DNA from: Staphylococcus phage Twort
Sequence record: NC_007021.1
DNA: 64,000 nt
Reading direction: 5' to 3' (one strand)
Part shown: piece after piece, positions 28,414 to 40,100 of the stretch
Position numbering within the stretch: the first letter of the stretch is position 1
Layout of the letters: each line of letters opens with the position of its first letter
Notes under the pieces: generated by a model
Database searches by the model: none
The model's input: only the letters and a program-made list of their open reading frames with translations
What the model was told of the DNA's origin: nothing
Made by a program: the position numbers and the translations under genes

Positions 28414-30224
28414 TACAACTACAATCATCTCTAGGAAAGGGATTAAAGCAGGTTGATTCTGATGATTTTAAATTACAAGAATTATTAATAGGTAAAGTAG
28501 TTAAAGTTAATTATAGAACACATACTGTAGAGGTAAATGTTAACAATAATACTTTAGGTACAAATCCAGTAAAAAAAGGGGATACGTTTTCTGTACCTTA
28601 CCCACGAAGATTTATAGGTACAACACCTGAGGGGAATACTTTTGGTAGTAATGAGCTTATTACACCTGGTTCTGTTGTTCTTGTTGGGTTTTTAGATTCT
28701 TCCTATAACAACCCAATAATTGTAAGTACATATGGAACCTCCTTACAAAATAAACTTTTAAGTACCTCCCCTATGGAGACAGGGAATTTTAAAGATAATA
28801 ATTATTTTAAATACTTTAGTGTATTACATAATATCTACCCGTCTATGACTTATGACTTTCATGACGGTGACGGGTCAATGATTAAGACCTTTAACGGTAA
28901 GACATTTTTATCTATGACATCTAATGAAGAAGAACGACCTCAAGCAACAGACTATCATGTAGGTACGGATTATTATGATTTATACCCAACTTACTATAGT
29001 AATAAAAAAGCAAAAGAGCCTAGAAACCAAAAAGCACCAAATGTTTTATTTAAACATCAAGGAATGTTTAATAATACTAATGAACCAGATAAGCATATTA
29101 CTACATTTTATATAGACCAAAACGGAACTATAAGATTTTCCGTTATGGAAAAGGATTTACAAAAACGTACTTTCTTTGAAATTGATAATGAAGGAAATCA
29201 AAAGACTGTACATCAAGGTGATAGTTTACTGTTAGGTGAGGCGCAAGTATGGGTAGAATATGGTATTAATTCTGAATCTAATACTTTTTATGTAAAGAAC
29301 GATAAGCATAAACTAGAATTTACCGATAGAGGACTAGAAATAAATGATAGACCTATACTAGATAACTTAGATAATAGTGTAGAGGACGCTCTTAGTAATC
29401 TAGAAACAGTTAGAAAAGGGTTAGAAGAAATAAACTACCTATTAGACGGTGTAGGTAAAGAGAATATTAAGGAATTAATAGATGCTACAAAAATAGCTAT
29501 AGAAAAGTCTAATAAAGCAGAATTAACTACTAAAGGATTTCAGTCTAGTATAGATGATGTAACTAGTAAGTTAAATAGTGCAATAGAGAAGTATGATAAA
29601 TTTATTAATGAGACTATGAAAAACTACATGGATAGTACCAATTCCCAACTACAAGAACTTAATCAGAACTATATTACTTTAAAAAATATTGTAGACCCCC
29701 TAAAAGGTGTATCAGAAAAGGTAACAGCATTAGAAGATACAACAACCCCTTCTAATATTTCTAAACTTGTTAGAGATAATTATATAAGTAATAAAGATGC
29801 ATTAACAATAGAACAGGTTAATACTACTACACCTACTATTATTGTTATTCCTGAATCATTAAGAAGCGCTAGTAATTTTCAACAGGACTTAAGTAATTTT
29901 TCAGTAGAGCTATTAGAGCAGTATACAGAAGAGCAAAGAATTTCTTACATAGATTCTAAATTAAAAACATTAGAGGAAACTACTTTACATAGATTAGTAG
30001 GTAAAAATGAATATCCTTTAGTAGTCACATATAAAGATAATAATGATACTGTTAAATCTTTTATGACTACAAACTATGAATTACTATATAATAAGAAATT
30101 TATCCCTTTAGATAATGCTAAGGTTCAAATATCAAATAGTGGTATTATATCTAAATTTAAATTAAGTTATAGTATTCTTAATAACCCTGTAGAAGAAAAA
30201 AGTTTTACATCAAAAGATTGGTAA
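28410..30224 (+). CDS. tail / baseplate hub-region protein with central coiled coil
   Basis: 604-aa ORF. Confidence 0.4.
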   Translation: MIQLQSSLGKGLKQVDSDDFKLQELLIGKVVKVNYRTHTVEVNVNNNTLGTNPVKKGDTFSVPYPRRFIGTTPEGNTFGSNELITPGSVVLVGFLDSSYNNPIIVSTYGTSLQNKLLSTSPMETGNFKDNNYFKYFSVLHNIYPSMTYDFHDGDGSMIKTFNGKTFLSMTSNEEERPQATDYHVGTDYYDLYPTYYSNKKAKEPRNQKAPNVLFKHQGMFNNTNEPDKHITTFYIDQNGTIRFSVMEKDLQKRTFFEIDNEGNQKTVHQGDSLLLGEAQVWVEYGINSESNTFYVKNDKHKLEFTDRGLEINDRPILDNLDNSVEDALSNLETVRKGLEEINYLLDGVGKENIKELIDATKIAIEKSNKAELTTKGFQSSIDDVTSKLNSAIEKYDKFINETMKNYMDSTNSQLQELNQNYITLKNIVDPLKGVSEKVTALEDTTTPSNISKLVRDNYISNKDALTIEQVNTTTPTIIVIPESLRSASNFQQDLSNFSVELLEQYTEEQRISYIDSKLKTLEETTLHRLVGKNEYPLVVTYKDNNDTVKSFMTTNYELLYNKKFIPLDNAKVQISNSGIISKFKLSYSILNNPVEEKSFTSKDW

Positions 30225-30245
30225 GCTAAATGCTTACCTTTTTTG
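30220..30245 (+). terminator. Rho-independent terminator
   Basis: ggtaagc..gcttacc followed by TTTTTT. Confidence 0.5.
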
Positions 30246-30313
30246 ATGTTATATTAAAATTGAATTGATATATTAAATACAATATGCTATAATAGGCTTT
30301 GAGGTGATGAATA

Positions 30314-31093
30314 ATGCCACAGTCTGATGGAAGAAACACATTAATGAGAATGAGTTTAATAATCCCAGATAGTAATGGAAATAAACATACATATAGGTTT
30401 AAAGTAAATCCAGAAAGTTATACAATAGAACACCCACAACGTTCTAATATTATTAAAACAAAATCTGATATTATTTTTGAGGATTATGGGTCTGATGTAA
30501 AAATGATAACCTTTTCTGGAACTACTGGTTTTAAATCAGCAAGAAACGTAAACGGTGTCGTGCAAACTGGTAAAGAACGTATGGATGAATTAGAAGAAAG
30601 AATCATAGAATATTCTAATATATCTAATTCAGGTAGTGTTTCTTTATCAAAAATGGAATTATATAACTGGACAGATAATAAGTATTATAAAGTACATTTA
30701 TCACCACAAGGATTAAAAATAGAACGTTCAGCTGACAAACCATTACTTTTTAACTATGAATTATCTTTAATGGTATTAGGGGATGCAGGAGAACCTGATA
30801 GAAGTTCCCAAGTAGACCCTGAATTTGGTAATGTAATTAAACCTGGTGAAGAAGATGTAAGAAATAGACTTAATAATAGTAACAGTGAGGTAACTAGAAA
30901 TAGAGATAGGAATAACCAAAAATATTCAGTACATGATAATACTAGGGAAAATATTAGAATGAAAAATGGTAATAATTTATCATCTAATGGTAAAGTAATA
31001 TATAACCCTAGGTTGACAACTAACGGATTAAGTGGTACATTAGATTCTACAGCATTACTTATAGGTTATGGAGATGGAGGAGTACAAACGTGA
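30314..31093 (+). CDS. baseplate protein
   Basis: 259-aa ORF with RBS GAGGTGA. Confidence 0.4.
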   Translation: MPQSDGRNTLMRMSLIIPDSNGNKHTYRFKVNPESYTIEHPQRSNIIKTKSDIIFEDYGSDVKMITFSGTTGFKSARNVNGVVQTGKERMDELEERIIEYSNISNSGSVSLSKMELYNWTDNKYYKVHLSPQGLKIERSADKPLLFNYELSLMVLGDAGEPDRSSQVDPEFGNVIKPGEEDVRNRLNNSNSEVTRNRDRNNQKYSVHDNTRENIRMKNGNNLSSNGKVIYNPRLTTNGLSGTLDSTALLIGYGDGGVQT

Positions 31094-31623
31094 GGCATAT
31101 AATTGAACAGCCATCTGGTCTATTATCATATTTAAATTCTATTAATAATGACACTAGACATTTAAATTTTAACATTTTAGATGAAGAGCTTATGTTTGTT
31201 TCTAGATTTTATACACCTAGATTACAGCTAAGTGAGTTAGCGTTAAAAACGTTAAAAGAAATACAAGAAGACAAGATACCAAAAAAGGAAAGATATTTTA
31301 ACACAAATACAATACCAGAAAAAGTAAAAAATTCCTCATTACAGCTACAAAACCCTAGAGTATATTATATCCTTCAAATTATAATCTTAGAGGCTTATGC
31401 TATTGTAAATTGTTTCTTAGAAAACCCAGAAAACTTAGTGTATTTAACAGACAAAGATATGGATATAGTTGTGAGAAACATTGCGTATACTATAGATTAT
31501 TTAACTGATTTTGAAGAGTATAATAGTTTAGTTTTAGATTTAAGACAATTAGAAATGAACTTAAATAATGTTAAGCTACAATTACCACTCTTAAAGAAAG
31601 AGGTGGTCACTAATGAGGTTTAA
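31090..31623 (+). CDS. baseplate protein
   Basis: 177-aa ORF overlapping its neighbours. Confidence 0.4.
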   Translation: MRHIIEQPSGLLSYLNSINNDTRHLNFNILDEELMFVSRFYTPRLQLSELALKTLKEIQEDKIPKKERYFNTNTIPEKVKNSSLQLQNPRVYYILQIIILEAYAIVNCFLENPENLVYLTDKDMDIVVRNIAYTIDYLTDFEEYNSLVLDLRQLEMNLNNVKLQLPLLKKEVVTNEV

Positions 31624-32317
31624 GAAACATGAAGTTACTTATGGTGAAACCATGCAAGCAATATCTCAAAAGTATTTTAACACTCCTAGCTATTGGATAG
31701 ACCTTATAGAACACAATAACTTAAAATACCCTTATATTGTAGAAACTGATGAGGAGAAAAAAGAAAATCCAGAGCATTTAGTTACTTACGGGGATACGCT
31801 CATCATACCTTCTGAAGAAGAATTATCTAATGTATCTTTACAGGAATTAAATAAAAAAGATATAGATACATTAGTAGAATTGTCTTTAGGTAGAGACTTA
31901 AATATTACATCAGACGAATCATATTTTAATATGCATGGAACTAGTGATGAGATTTTATCTTTTAATGACAATGGAAATGGTGATTTAGATGTTGTTAAGG
32001 GTATAAGCAATATAAAACAGCAATTACAAACAAGGTTACTCACACCACAAGGTAGTTTACTTATGCACCCAGACTATGGTTCTAATATTCATAACTTATT
32101 TACATACAATACAGTAGAAACAGCTACACTAATAGAAATGGAAGTCACAAGAACTTTAAAAGTAGATACTAGAGTCGAAAATGTAAATCTTATAGATTGG
32201 ACGATTAAAGGTAATGAATATAAAGGTGAATTTGAAGTAACTATACGTTCAGTAGAAAACTCTATTAGGTTTGTTTTAGACATGGATGATTCTGGTATTG
32301 TAGCATTATTTGAATAG
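31613..32317 (+). CDS. baseplate wedge protein, gp25/GPW-like with N-terminal LysM-like motif
   Basis: LysM-like ..HEVTYGETMQAISQKY..TYGDTLIIP.. ; gp25-like ..LLTPQGSLLMHPDYGSNIHNLF.. Confidence 0.55.
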   Translation: MRFKKHEVTYGETMQAISQKYFNTPSYWIDLIEHNNLKYPYIVETDEEKKENPEHLVTYGDTLIIPSEEELSNVSLQELNKKDIDTLVELSLGRDLNITSDESYFNMHGTSDEILSFNDNGNGDLDVVKGISNIKQQLQTRLLTPQGSLLMHPDYGSNIHNLFTYNTVETATLIEMEVTRTLKVDTRVENVNLIDWTIKGNEYKGEFEVTIRSVENSIRFVLDMDDSGIVALFE

Positions 32318-32330
32318 AAAGGAAAATTAT

Positions 32331-33377
32331 ATGGAAACAAGGAAGTTTACAAACATATTATCTAAGCTTATAGACAAAACAATGATTGCTACACATAAGA
32401 TTACTGACTTTACTCCAGGGTCTGCTGTTCGTTCTTTGTATGAGGCTATAGCACTAGAAATAGAACAATTTTATATTTTAACAAAAGAGAATATTTACTG
32501 GGGCATTCAAGAAGGTGTTATTGAGTCTTTTGATTTTAAACGTAGACAAGCTAGAAAAGCACATGGAAACGTAACACTTAGATTTTATAATCCAATTGAA
32601 GACGATTATATTATTCCTAGAGGTACAACTTTTACTTCTACCAATCAAGAATATCCTTATCAATTTGAGACATTAGTGGAATATAGAATCCCTAAAGATT
32701 CTACTGAAGCTATACTAGAAGTATTCTCTAAACAAACAGGAGCATCAAGTAATATACCTGAGAATACATTAAATGTTATGACAAGTGCACCTCCTAGTTT
32801 ACGTTCAATAAATAATGATTCCTCTTTTAATACAGGTACTGATTTAGAGTCATTAGAAGACTTTAAAAAACGATTTCAGGACTTTGTAGAAACACGAGGA
32901 CGTGCTACAAATAAATCAGTTAGGTATGGTGCTATGCAGGTTCCTGATGTTGAAGGTGTTTATGTATATGAACAAGTAGGTTTAGTTACAGCTTTTGTTC
33001 ATGATAGAAATGGGAATTTACCAGATACTGTTAAAAAGAATGTGGAGCAAGAACTAGAAGACTATAGACCTAGTGGGATTATGTTAAAAGTAGAACCTGT
33101 AATCAAAACTTTAACAGATATAAGTGTACGTGTTACTTTATCTAATAAAGACAGAATTTCAGATACCTTACAGCACCACATTGAACAAGTTATTAGAACA
33201 TATTTAAATAATTTTAAAGTTTCAGATGACTTAATTTTGAATGATTTAATTCAAGTTATTATGAATATAGATGATAGACTTATTTATGATGTAGAATTTT
33301 CTACTATTCATGGGAATACAATAACTAAACCTGAGGAAATTATTCGAGCAGGTAAAATAGATGTGACTTTAATATAG
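32331..33377 (+). CDS. baseplate J-like protein
   Basis: ..GSAVRSLYEAIALEIEQFY.. typical of the Baseplate_J family; ATG 32331 with RBS AAAGGAAA preferred over the upstream TTG. Confidence 0.55.
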   Translation: METRKFTNILSKLIDKTMIATHKITDFTPGSAVRSLYEAIALEIEQFYILTKENIYWGIQEGVIESFDFKRRQARKAHGNVTLRFYNPIEDDYIIPRGTTFTSTNQEYPYQFETLVEYRIPKDSTEAILEVFSKQTGASSNIPENTLNVMTSAPPSLRSINNDSSFNTGTDLESLEDFKKRFQDFVETRGRATNKSVRYGAMQVPDVEGVYVYEQVGLVTAFVHDRNGNLPDTVKKNVEQELEDYRPSGIMLKVEPVIKTLTDISVRVTLSNKDRISDTLQHHIEQVIRTYLNNFKVSDDLILNDLIQVIMNIDDRLIYDVEFSTIHGNTITKPEEIIRAGKIDVTLI

Positions 33378-33387
33378 GAGGGGTCTT

Positions 33388-36300
33388 GTGAGTACATTTT
33401 TAAAAAATCTACACCCATTGTTAAAACGACAAAAAGATAAACGTGATAACCAAGACCCTAACTATGCTTTGATTAAAGTTCTTAATGAGGAAATGAACCA
33501 AATAGAACAAGATGCTATTAAAAGTAAATTACAATCGTCATTGAAAACAGCTACTGGGGCATACCTTAATAAGTTTGGTGATTGGTTTGGTGTATATAGA
33601 AAATCTAATGAATCTGATGATATATATCGTGACAGAATTATAGAGTATGTTCTACTAAAACGAGGAACGAATAATTCTATTGTAAAAGCTATTAAAGATT
33701 ACTTAGAAAAAGAAGATGCTTATGTATCCGTGTATGAACCGTATAAAAATATTTTTTATACTAATAAATCTCATTTAAATGGGGATGACCATTTAATGGG
33801 ATATTACTATAGGTTTGCTGTTATTAATATTAAGATAGGTAGTTATTTCCCTACAGAAATCTTAGACATAGTAAACAAGTTTAAACCCGCAGGGGTTAAA
33901 GTATATCTAACGTATGAAGGTTGGTACACTAACACAGGTGGGTATGTAACTAAAATGTTAGAAGGACTACCTAAGATAACTAACTATACACTGTTAGATA
34001 GACTAAGTGGTTTTGGTGATACTTTTTATGGTCACTTAAACTTATCTGAGAGAAAAGAGTCTTTTGATAATTCTACATCTTTATTTAACGTAAATAGAAG
34101 TAAGACTAATAGTAAAGATGTTTTGTCTGGCTCAAGTTCTTCAGGACGTACATTTTATAATTATGCCTATTATTCTACCCATGAGTATACTTTAGAAGAC
34201 AATAGTTCTGTAACTTCTAGGGATATGTATAGTGCTAAAGAGATGCCTTTAGAGTATTATGCATATTCTAAAGAACTCGATAACTACATTGTTAGCTACA
34301 CTTTACCTAAGACACAAAGTGTTAAGTTTATACACAATAACTTTAACTTAGAAGAATACTTCTTAAAGTATAACCCTGAAATAGTAACTGGAGATAAAAA
34401 GAAAAACTTTGTTGATTTTATAGGAGAAGCAAGGTATGATTATTACATAAGTGCCTTAGTACCTCCAGAAGAGAATATTATAGTAGACCTTCAAATTTTT
34501 GACTTTGTAACAAAAACATGGAACACTATAAAAACTACCAAAGTAGGTAGTAAAGAAGTTAATGTTGGAGGTTCTATTGGATATTTAACTGATTATATCA
34601 ACAGTAGAATGGTTATTTTTACAAGACTACGTATCAGAGAGTATAAAGAAGTGGATATAAAGGTTAACTATATAGATATATCTTTCAGCAACACACAAAA
34701 AGATAAATACACGAACAATAGATTTTTACCTAATATTTATAGAGTACTGTCCTCTTCATCTAGTTATGATTATGTAGACTTAACAAAAATATCATTGCCT
34801 ACTAATGGTGACATAATTAGTAAACGTGCATATTATCCTTCTCAATTTATTAGAATAGGTGATGAATACAGTAATTCTATTAATAGAAATTTACTCAATA
34901 ATACTATTATACCTAAAGGGACATATACTAGTGAGTCTAGCTCTATTATTACTAAGCAAGATAATGAGTTAAAGATAGAGACTGGTGAAAATCAAACAAA
35001 AACTGATGTAAAATTAAGTAGTAACTTCGTGCTAACATCAGGAAGTACATATACTTTATCTTTTATGTATAAGTCAGATGATAATACTAAACCTTTAGAT
35101 TACTCATTTTTACAAGATACTTCAGGTAAAAAAGTTCCTGTAGTATTTGACAGTATTAACCAGACATCATCGTATACAAAAGTCATAAAAACTTTTACTC
35201 TTGATGGCTCTTCTGATAACTATAGTCTTATTATAGGTAAAAACAGTACCGATACTTTTTATATAAAAGAGTTTAAACTAGAGAGAGGAAGTAACGCAAC
35301 ACCATTTCAACCTAACCCATCTGATTTATATAGTGTAGACCCTAATAATTCTGTTACTATAGATTTATTTAAGGAAGATAATACACCAATAGAAAGTGTA
35401 GTACATAGGGAAAAATCCAAAAACTTACTCCAAAGTTATAAAGGGTCAATAGATATACATAGTAGTATTACTAACACAGAAATGTTCACAACCTCAGGTT
35501 TTGCTCACACATTATATTCCGCAAAATATTTATCTAGTATTTTAGAAGAAGGAAAAAAATATACTATCCACTTTGAACTTGAAATTATAGATACTGTAGA
35601 TAGTTCTTTTAAAACTTTTTCCGATTCTCACGGTATATGGTTATATAGTGCAACTACCCCTAAGGATAATATTAATATGCAAGAGAATATAATTCGAACT
35701 TCACCTAGAAAATTAGTGAAAACTGTTACTTTTACCGCACCTAAGATTACAGACCATAGGCTGTTAGTTTATTCAGGAAGATACACTACTGATGGTACCG
35801 CATACACACAACCAGTTAAACACAATACTATAAAGATTACAAATTTTATTTTACAAGAAGAGAAAACGTATAGTGGATACTCTAAGTCTAGTTATGACGA
35901 GATAACTTTCCTAGATAAGACAGTTAAAGTTAATGGTGCTAGAACGGACATAGGAAAAATCAATGTCAATTCAATAGATAATTTACCTAAAGCACGCTTA
36001 TTATATAGTACATATGGTAGTAGTTATGATGTAATTAAGAATATTAGTTTAACCCAAGGAACTAATACTATACTTAATAAATACATTGACCTTTACGGAT
36101 TAAATACTATAGACTACTCTGATATAAATCCTATGTCCGATATTGTATTACAGTCTATATGGGACATACCTATAAATAAGATTACTTCTAAAACAGGTAA
36201 ATTAGACGGATTGTACAAAGGATTCTTTAATGCAGGTTGGCAACACCTTGTAAATAATAATGAAGAAGTATATACTTTTGATACACTAACGGTTCTTAAA

Positions 36301-36519
36301 GACACTGAAGGTGGAGTATTTGATAACTCTACAGGTGATATTGTTAAAATGACCACAACGCCTGTTACTAGATTAACATCTATAAGTACATACTCTTACA
36401 GTAATTATACTTACCAGGAGCCATTATTACTAGATTCTAGTATACCACTTTCTGATAGTACAAGAACTCTAAATACCGAATCATATGAAAAAGATGTATC
36501 ATTCCTAAAAATACTGTAA
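33388..36519 (+). CDS. large baseplate / tail fibre protein
   Basis: 1043-aa Ser/Thr/Asn/Tyr-rich ORF. Confidence 0.5.
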   Translation: MSTFLKNLHPLLKRQKDKRDNQDPNYALIKVLNEEMNQIEQDAIKSKLQSSLKTATGAYLNKFGDWFGVYRKSNESDDIYRDRIIEYVLLKRGTNNSIVKAIKDYLEKEDAYVSVYEPYKNIFYTNKSHLNGDDHLMGYYYRFAVINIKIGSYFPTEILDIVNKFKPAGVKVYLTYEGWYTNTGGYVTKMLEGLPKITNYTLLDRLSGFGDTFYGHLNLSERKESFDNSTSLFNVNRSKTNSKDVLSGSSSSGRTFYNYAYYSTHEYTLEDNSSVTSRDMYSAKEMPLEYYAYSKELDNYIVSYTLPKTQSVKFIHNNFNLEEYFLKYNPEIVTGDKKKNFVDFIGEARYDYYISALVPPEENIIVDLQIFDFVTKTWNTIKTTKVGSKEVNVGGSIGYLTDYINSRMVIFTRLRIREYKEVDIKVNYIDISFSNTQKDKYTNNRFLPNIYRVLSSSSSYDYVDLTKISLPTNGDIISKRAYYPSQFIRIGDEYSNSINRNLLNNTIIPKGTYTSESSSIITKQDNELKIETGENQTKTDVKLSSNFVLTSGSTYTLSFMYKSDDNTKPLDYSFLQDTSGKKVPVVFDSINQTSSYTKVIKTFTLDGSSDNYSLIIGKNSTDTFYIKEFKLERGSNATPFQPNPSDLYSVDPNNSVTIDLFKEDNTPIESVVHREKSKNLLQSYKGSIDIHSSITNTEMFTTSGFAHTLYSAKYLSSILEEGKKYTIHFELEIIDTVDSSFKTFSDSHGIWLYSATTPKDNINMQENIIRTSPRKLVKTVTFTAPKITDHRLLVYSGRYTTDGTAYTQPVKHNTIKITNFILQEEKTYSGYSKSSYDEITFLDKTVKVNGARTDIGKINVNSIDNLPKARLLYSTYGSSYDVIKNISLTQGTNTILNKYIDLYGLNTIDYSDINPMSDIVLQSIWDIPINKITSKTGKLDGLYKGFFNAGWQHLVNNNEEVYTFDTLTVLKDTEGGVFDNSTGDIVKMTTTPVTRLTSISTYSYSNYTYQEPLLLDSSIPLSDSTRTLNTESYEKDVSFLKIL

Positions 36520-36526
36520 CATAGTA

Positions 36527-36568
36527 TTGACACGGTTCTTGTTATATGATATAATAGGAACCGTGATA
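36527..36568 (+). promoter_or_regulatory. Sigma-A-like promoter TTGACA-17-TGaTATAAT enclosed in a 10-bp hairpin
   Basis: ttgaca 36527-36532; tataat 36550-36555; stem 36531-36540 pairs with 36558-36567. Confidence 0.45.
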
Positions 36569-36603
36569 TATTAATAAATGAAATCATTAAAGGAGACTCA
36601 TAA

Positions 36604-37113
36604 ATGGCTATTGCGACAATAAATTCACATGTAGAACTAGCTAAATTTTATGCTAGTAAAGACTTTCACTTAGTATTAGGTAAAACATCACCGTGGTCTA
36701 ACGAACAGAGCCCACCACAACCTAAAGATACTACAACAACATTAGATGAGGTTATTGGTTATAAGAAAGCTAAAAAAGTAGCTTTAGTTAGACCCGCACA
36801 ACCAACTACAGATGACAGTAAAACTAAAATTCAGTATGGTAATAGAGAATGGGTAGAAGTATCCCCAGAAAATGCTATTAAAGAAGGAGCTAAATATGTT
36901 TACCTTCAAGCAGAGGTAGTTGGAGAGGAATTACCATTAGGAACATACAGACAAGTAGGATTTACTATGGGATTAAAATCTTCTACTGATAAACTAAACT
37001 TACTACCAAGTGAAGTACAAGATGCAGGAACATTAATTTTTTATGATAATAAACAATTCCAGAACCGAGTAGCTCAAACAACAGTTACTGAGTCATTTAT
37101 TATGGAATTATAA
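36604..37113 (+). CDS. tail protein
   Basis: 169-aa ORF with RBS AAAGGAGA. Confidence 0.45.
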   Translation: MAIATINSHVELAKFYASKDFHLVLGKTSPWSNEQSPPQPKDTTTTLDEVIGYKKAKKVALVRPAQPTTDDSKTKIQYGNREWVEVSPENAIKEGAKYVYLQAEVVGEELPLGTYRQVGFTMGLKSSTDKLNLLPSEVQDAGTLIFYDNKQFQNRVAQTTVTESFIMEL

Positions 37114-37129
37114 GAAAGGTGATAAGTAG

Positions 37130-40100
37130 ATGGCTTTAAATTTTAGTGGTTCACCCTATTTAGATAGATTCGACCCTACTAAGAATAGAACTAGAGTATT
37201 GTTTAATCCAGATAGGCCTTTACAACAATCGGAATTAAATGAATTACAATCTATCCAAACTTACTATTTAAAGAACTTTGGGGATGCTGTTTTTAAAGAT
37301 GGAGATAAGGTATCTGGTATGGGATTTACTTTAGATACTGGGAATATACTAAAAGTGAATCCAGGTTACGTGTATTTAAATGGTAAAGTACGTTACTACG
37401 AAAGTAATAGTTCAGTTAAACTTACAAAAGTAGGTAGAGAAGAAGTAGGTATTAAGCTAACAGAACGTATTGTTACAGCAGATGAAGATAATAACTTACT
37501 AGACCAAACAAGTGGTGTACCTAGTTATTTTTCTAAGGGTGCTGACCGTGTTCAAGAAGATATGGTTCTTACTGTTAACGACCCTTCTAGTGCTACTATT
37601 TATGTATTTCAAGATGGTGAGTTATACATACAAGCTAGTAATCCAGAGTATGATAGAATTAATAAGGTACTAGCGGAACGTACGTATGAAGAATCTGGTT
37701 CATATAAAGTAGAAGGTTTTGAGATTTTTAGTGATGCTGAAGGTAAAGGCGGAGATACTGTACCTGTTACTGTAGATTCAGGTATTGCTTATGTTTTAGG
37801 TTATCGTGTCAATAAACCAGTATCTACACGTCTTAATTTACAAAAGTCTTATGACTTAGGAACAGCAGAAAATGAATCTACTATATACAACAATTCTAGT
37901 AAAATTATTACACTAGCAAATAAACCTGTTAAACAAGTTAACCGTGTAACAGGACAAGTATTAGTAGAGAAAGAATCCGTATCACGAGATAGTGTAGGAG
38001 ATACTGTAGACTATTTAGCAAATAATACAGCTTTTGAAATCGTAAAAGTATGGACTGAAACAAGCCCAGGAGTTACAACTAAAGAGTATAAACAAGGTGT
38101 AGACTATAGGCTAACAAACGGGCAGTCAGTAGACTGGTCGCTAGGAGGGGAAGAGCCTAAAGGTGGTACTACTTACTATGTTTCGTATAAATATAATAGA
38201 CGTATGGAATCAGGAAAGGACTATGCTTTAAAAACATCAGGTGAGGGTGCAAATAAATACTGGTACTTAGATTTTAATACATCAGGAACTAAACCTATTG
38301 ACCAATCAGTTGTATTAGTAGATTATAATTACTATTTAGCAAGACAAGATTTAATTGTCCTAGATAAAGATGGTAATATTAAGGCATTAAAAGGTGAACC
38401 TAATATTTTAAGAAATGTAACACCACCTTTACAACATGACCCATTTACCTTACAATTAGGGTATGTGACAGTGTTTCCTGATTCAGATGCTACCGAATGT
38501 TATACACAATCTATTGAACGATTATCAATGGAATCTTTACAAAAAATGAAGACACGTATTGATAACTTAGAATACAACCAAGCACTTAATGCATTAGATG
38601 ATGGTGCCATGGAAGGACAAAACCCACTCACATTGCGTTCAGTGTTTAGTGAAGGTTTCGTAAGTTTAGAGAAGGCAGATGTAACTCACCCAGAGTATGG
38701 TGTTGCTATGAGCTTTGAAGATTCCGAGGCTACATTGCAATATACTACTAGTGTGAATGACCCTAACTTACTAACTGATTCTAGTAATATCCATAACTGG
38801 GGTAGAATTGTTTCAGCACCATTTACGGAAGAGCGTACAATATATCAACCATTAGCAAGTGAAACACTTAACGTCAACCCTTATAATATACCTAATAAAC
38901 AAGGTAAGCTAAAACTAACACCTAGTGAAGATAACTGGATTGATGAGGAAAATGTAACTATTAATCAGTTTGGAAAATCAAAAGTAGTTAATACACGTCG
39001 TTGGTGGGTTCACCCAGAGGCATCAGCTAAGCGTAATGCAAAAGCAAGAGCAGAGCAAGCAAAAATAGAATTAGATAATGGTTTAGAGTTTGGTAGTTCG
39101 TTTGAAAAATGGCGTGCCTCAGCTACTGGGACAATGACTGAAGTAGGGCATAAAACATTAGAAGAAATGATTGAGTTCATTAGACAACGTGATGTTAAAT
39201 TTGAGGTCACTGGATTACACCCTAATGACAATAACTTAGTATTATACTTTGACGGTGTTAGAGCCCCTATTACACCAGACGCAGGATACAGAAAAGGAAC
39301 TGAAGAAGGTTCTATTATTGCTAACGCCAAAGGTACAGCAAAGGGTAAATTTACTATCCCTGCAGGTATTCGATGCGGTAACCGTGAAGTATCATTAAAG
39401 AATGAGAACTCAGTTAGTTCAACTACATACTTAGCACATGGAAGAAAGAAAATTAACCAAGAAATTATCCTACGTACACGTGTTACAGTAAATTTAATTG
39501 ACCCTCTAGCTCAATCATTCCAATATGATGAGAACCGTATTATTAGTTCTGTAGGGCTATATTTTGCTTCTAAGGGAGACGCAAACTCCAATGTAACTAT
39601 CCAAGTACGTGAAGTAGGTAACCAAGGTTTCCCTACAAAAACTATCTATGGTGAGCAAGTAGTTAACTCAAGTGATATTAAAGTTTCTAATAACGCAAGT
39701 GCCGAAACACGGGTACACTTTGATGACCCTATTATGGTAGAGGCAGGAAAAGAATACGCATTAGTTATTCTTACAGAAAATGATGAATACACAATGTGGG
39801 TAGGAACTAGAACCAAACCACGTATCGATAAACCATCGGAAACAATTTCTGGTAACCCGTATGCTCGTGGAGTATTATATAGTTCTTCAAACGCTAGTGC
39901 TTGGACTATTCACCAAAATAGTGACTTAAAATTTGGTATTTACACAGCTAAGTTTAATGATACAGCACAAATTGAGTTTGAGGAAATGACTGATGTTAAA
40001 GGTGATAGACTTGTATTAATGTCTACGTACTTAACACCAGAAAATACAGGTTGTACATGGGAAATGAAAGTAATAACTGACGCAATGAATGATGGTACAA

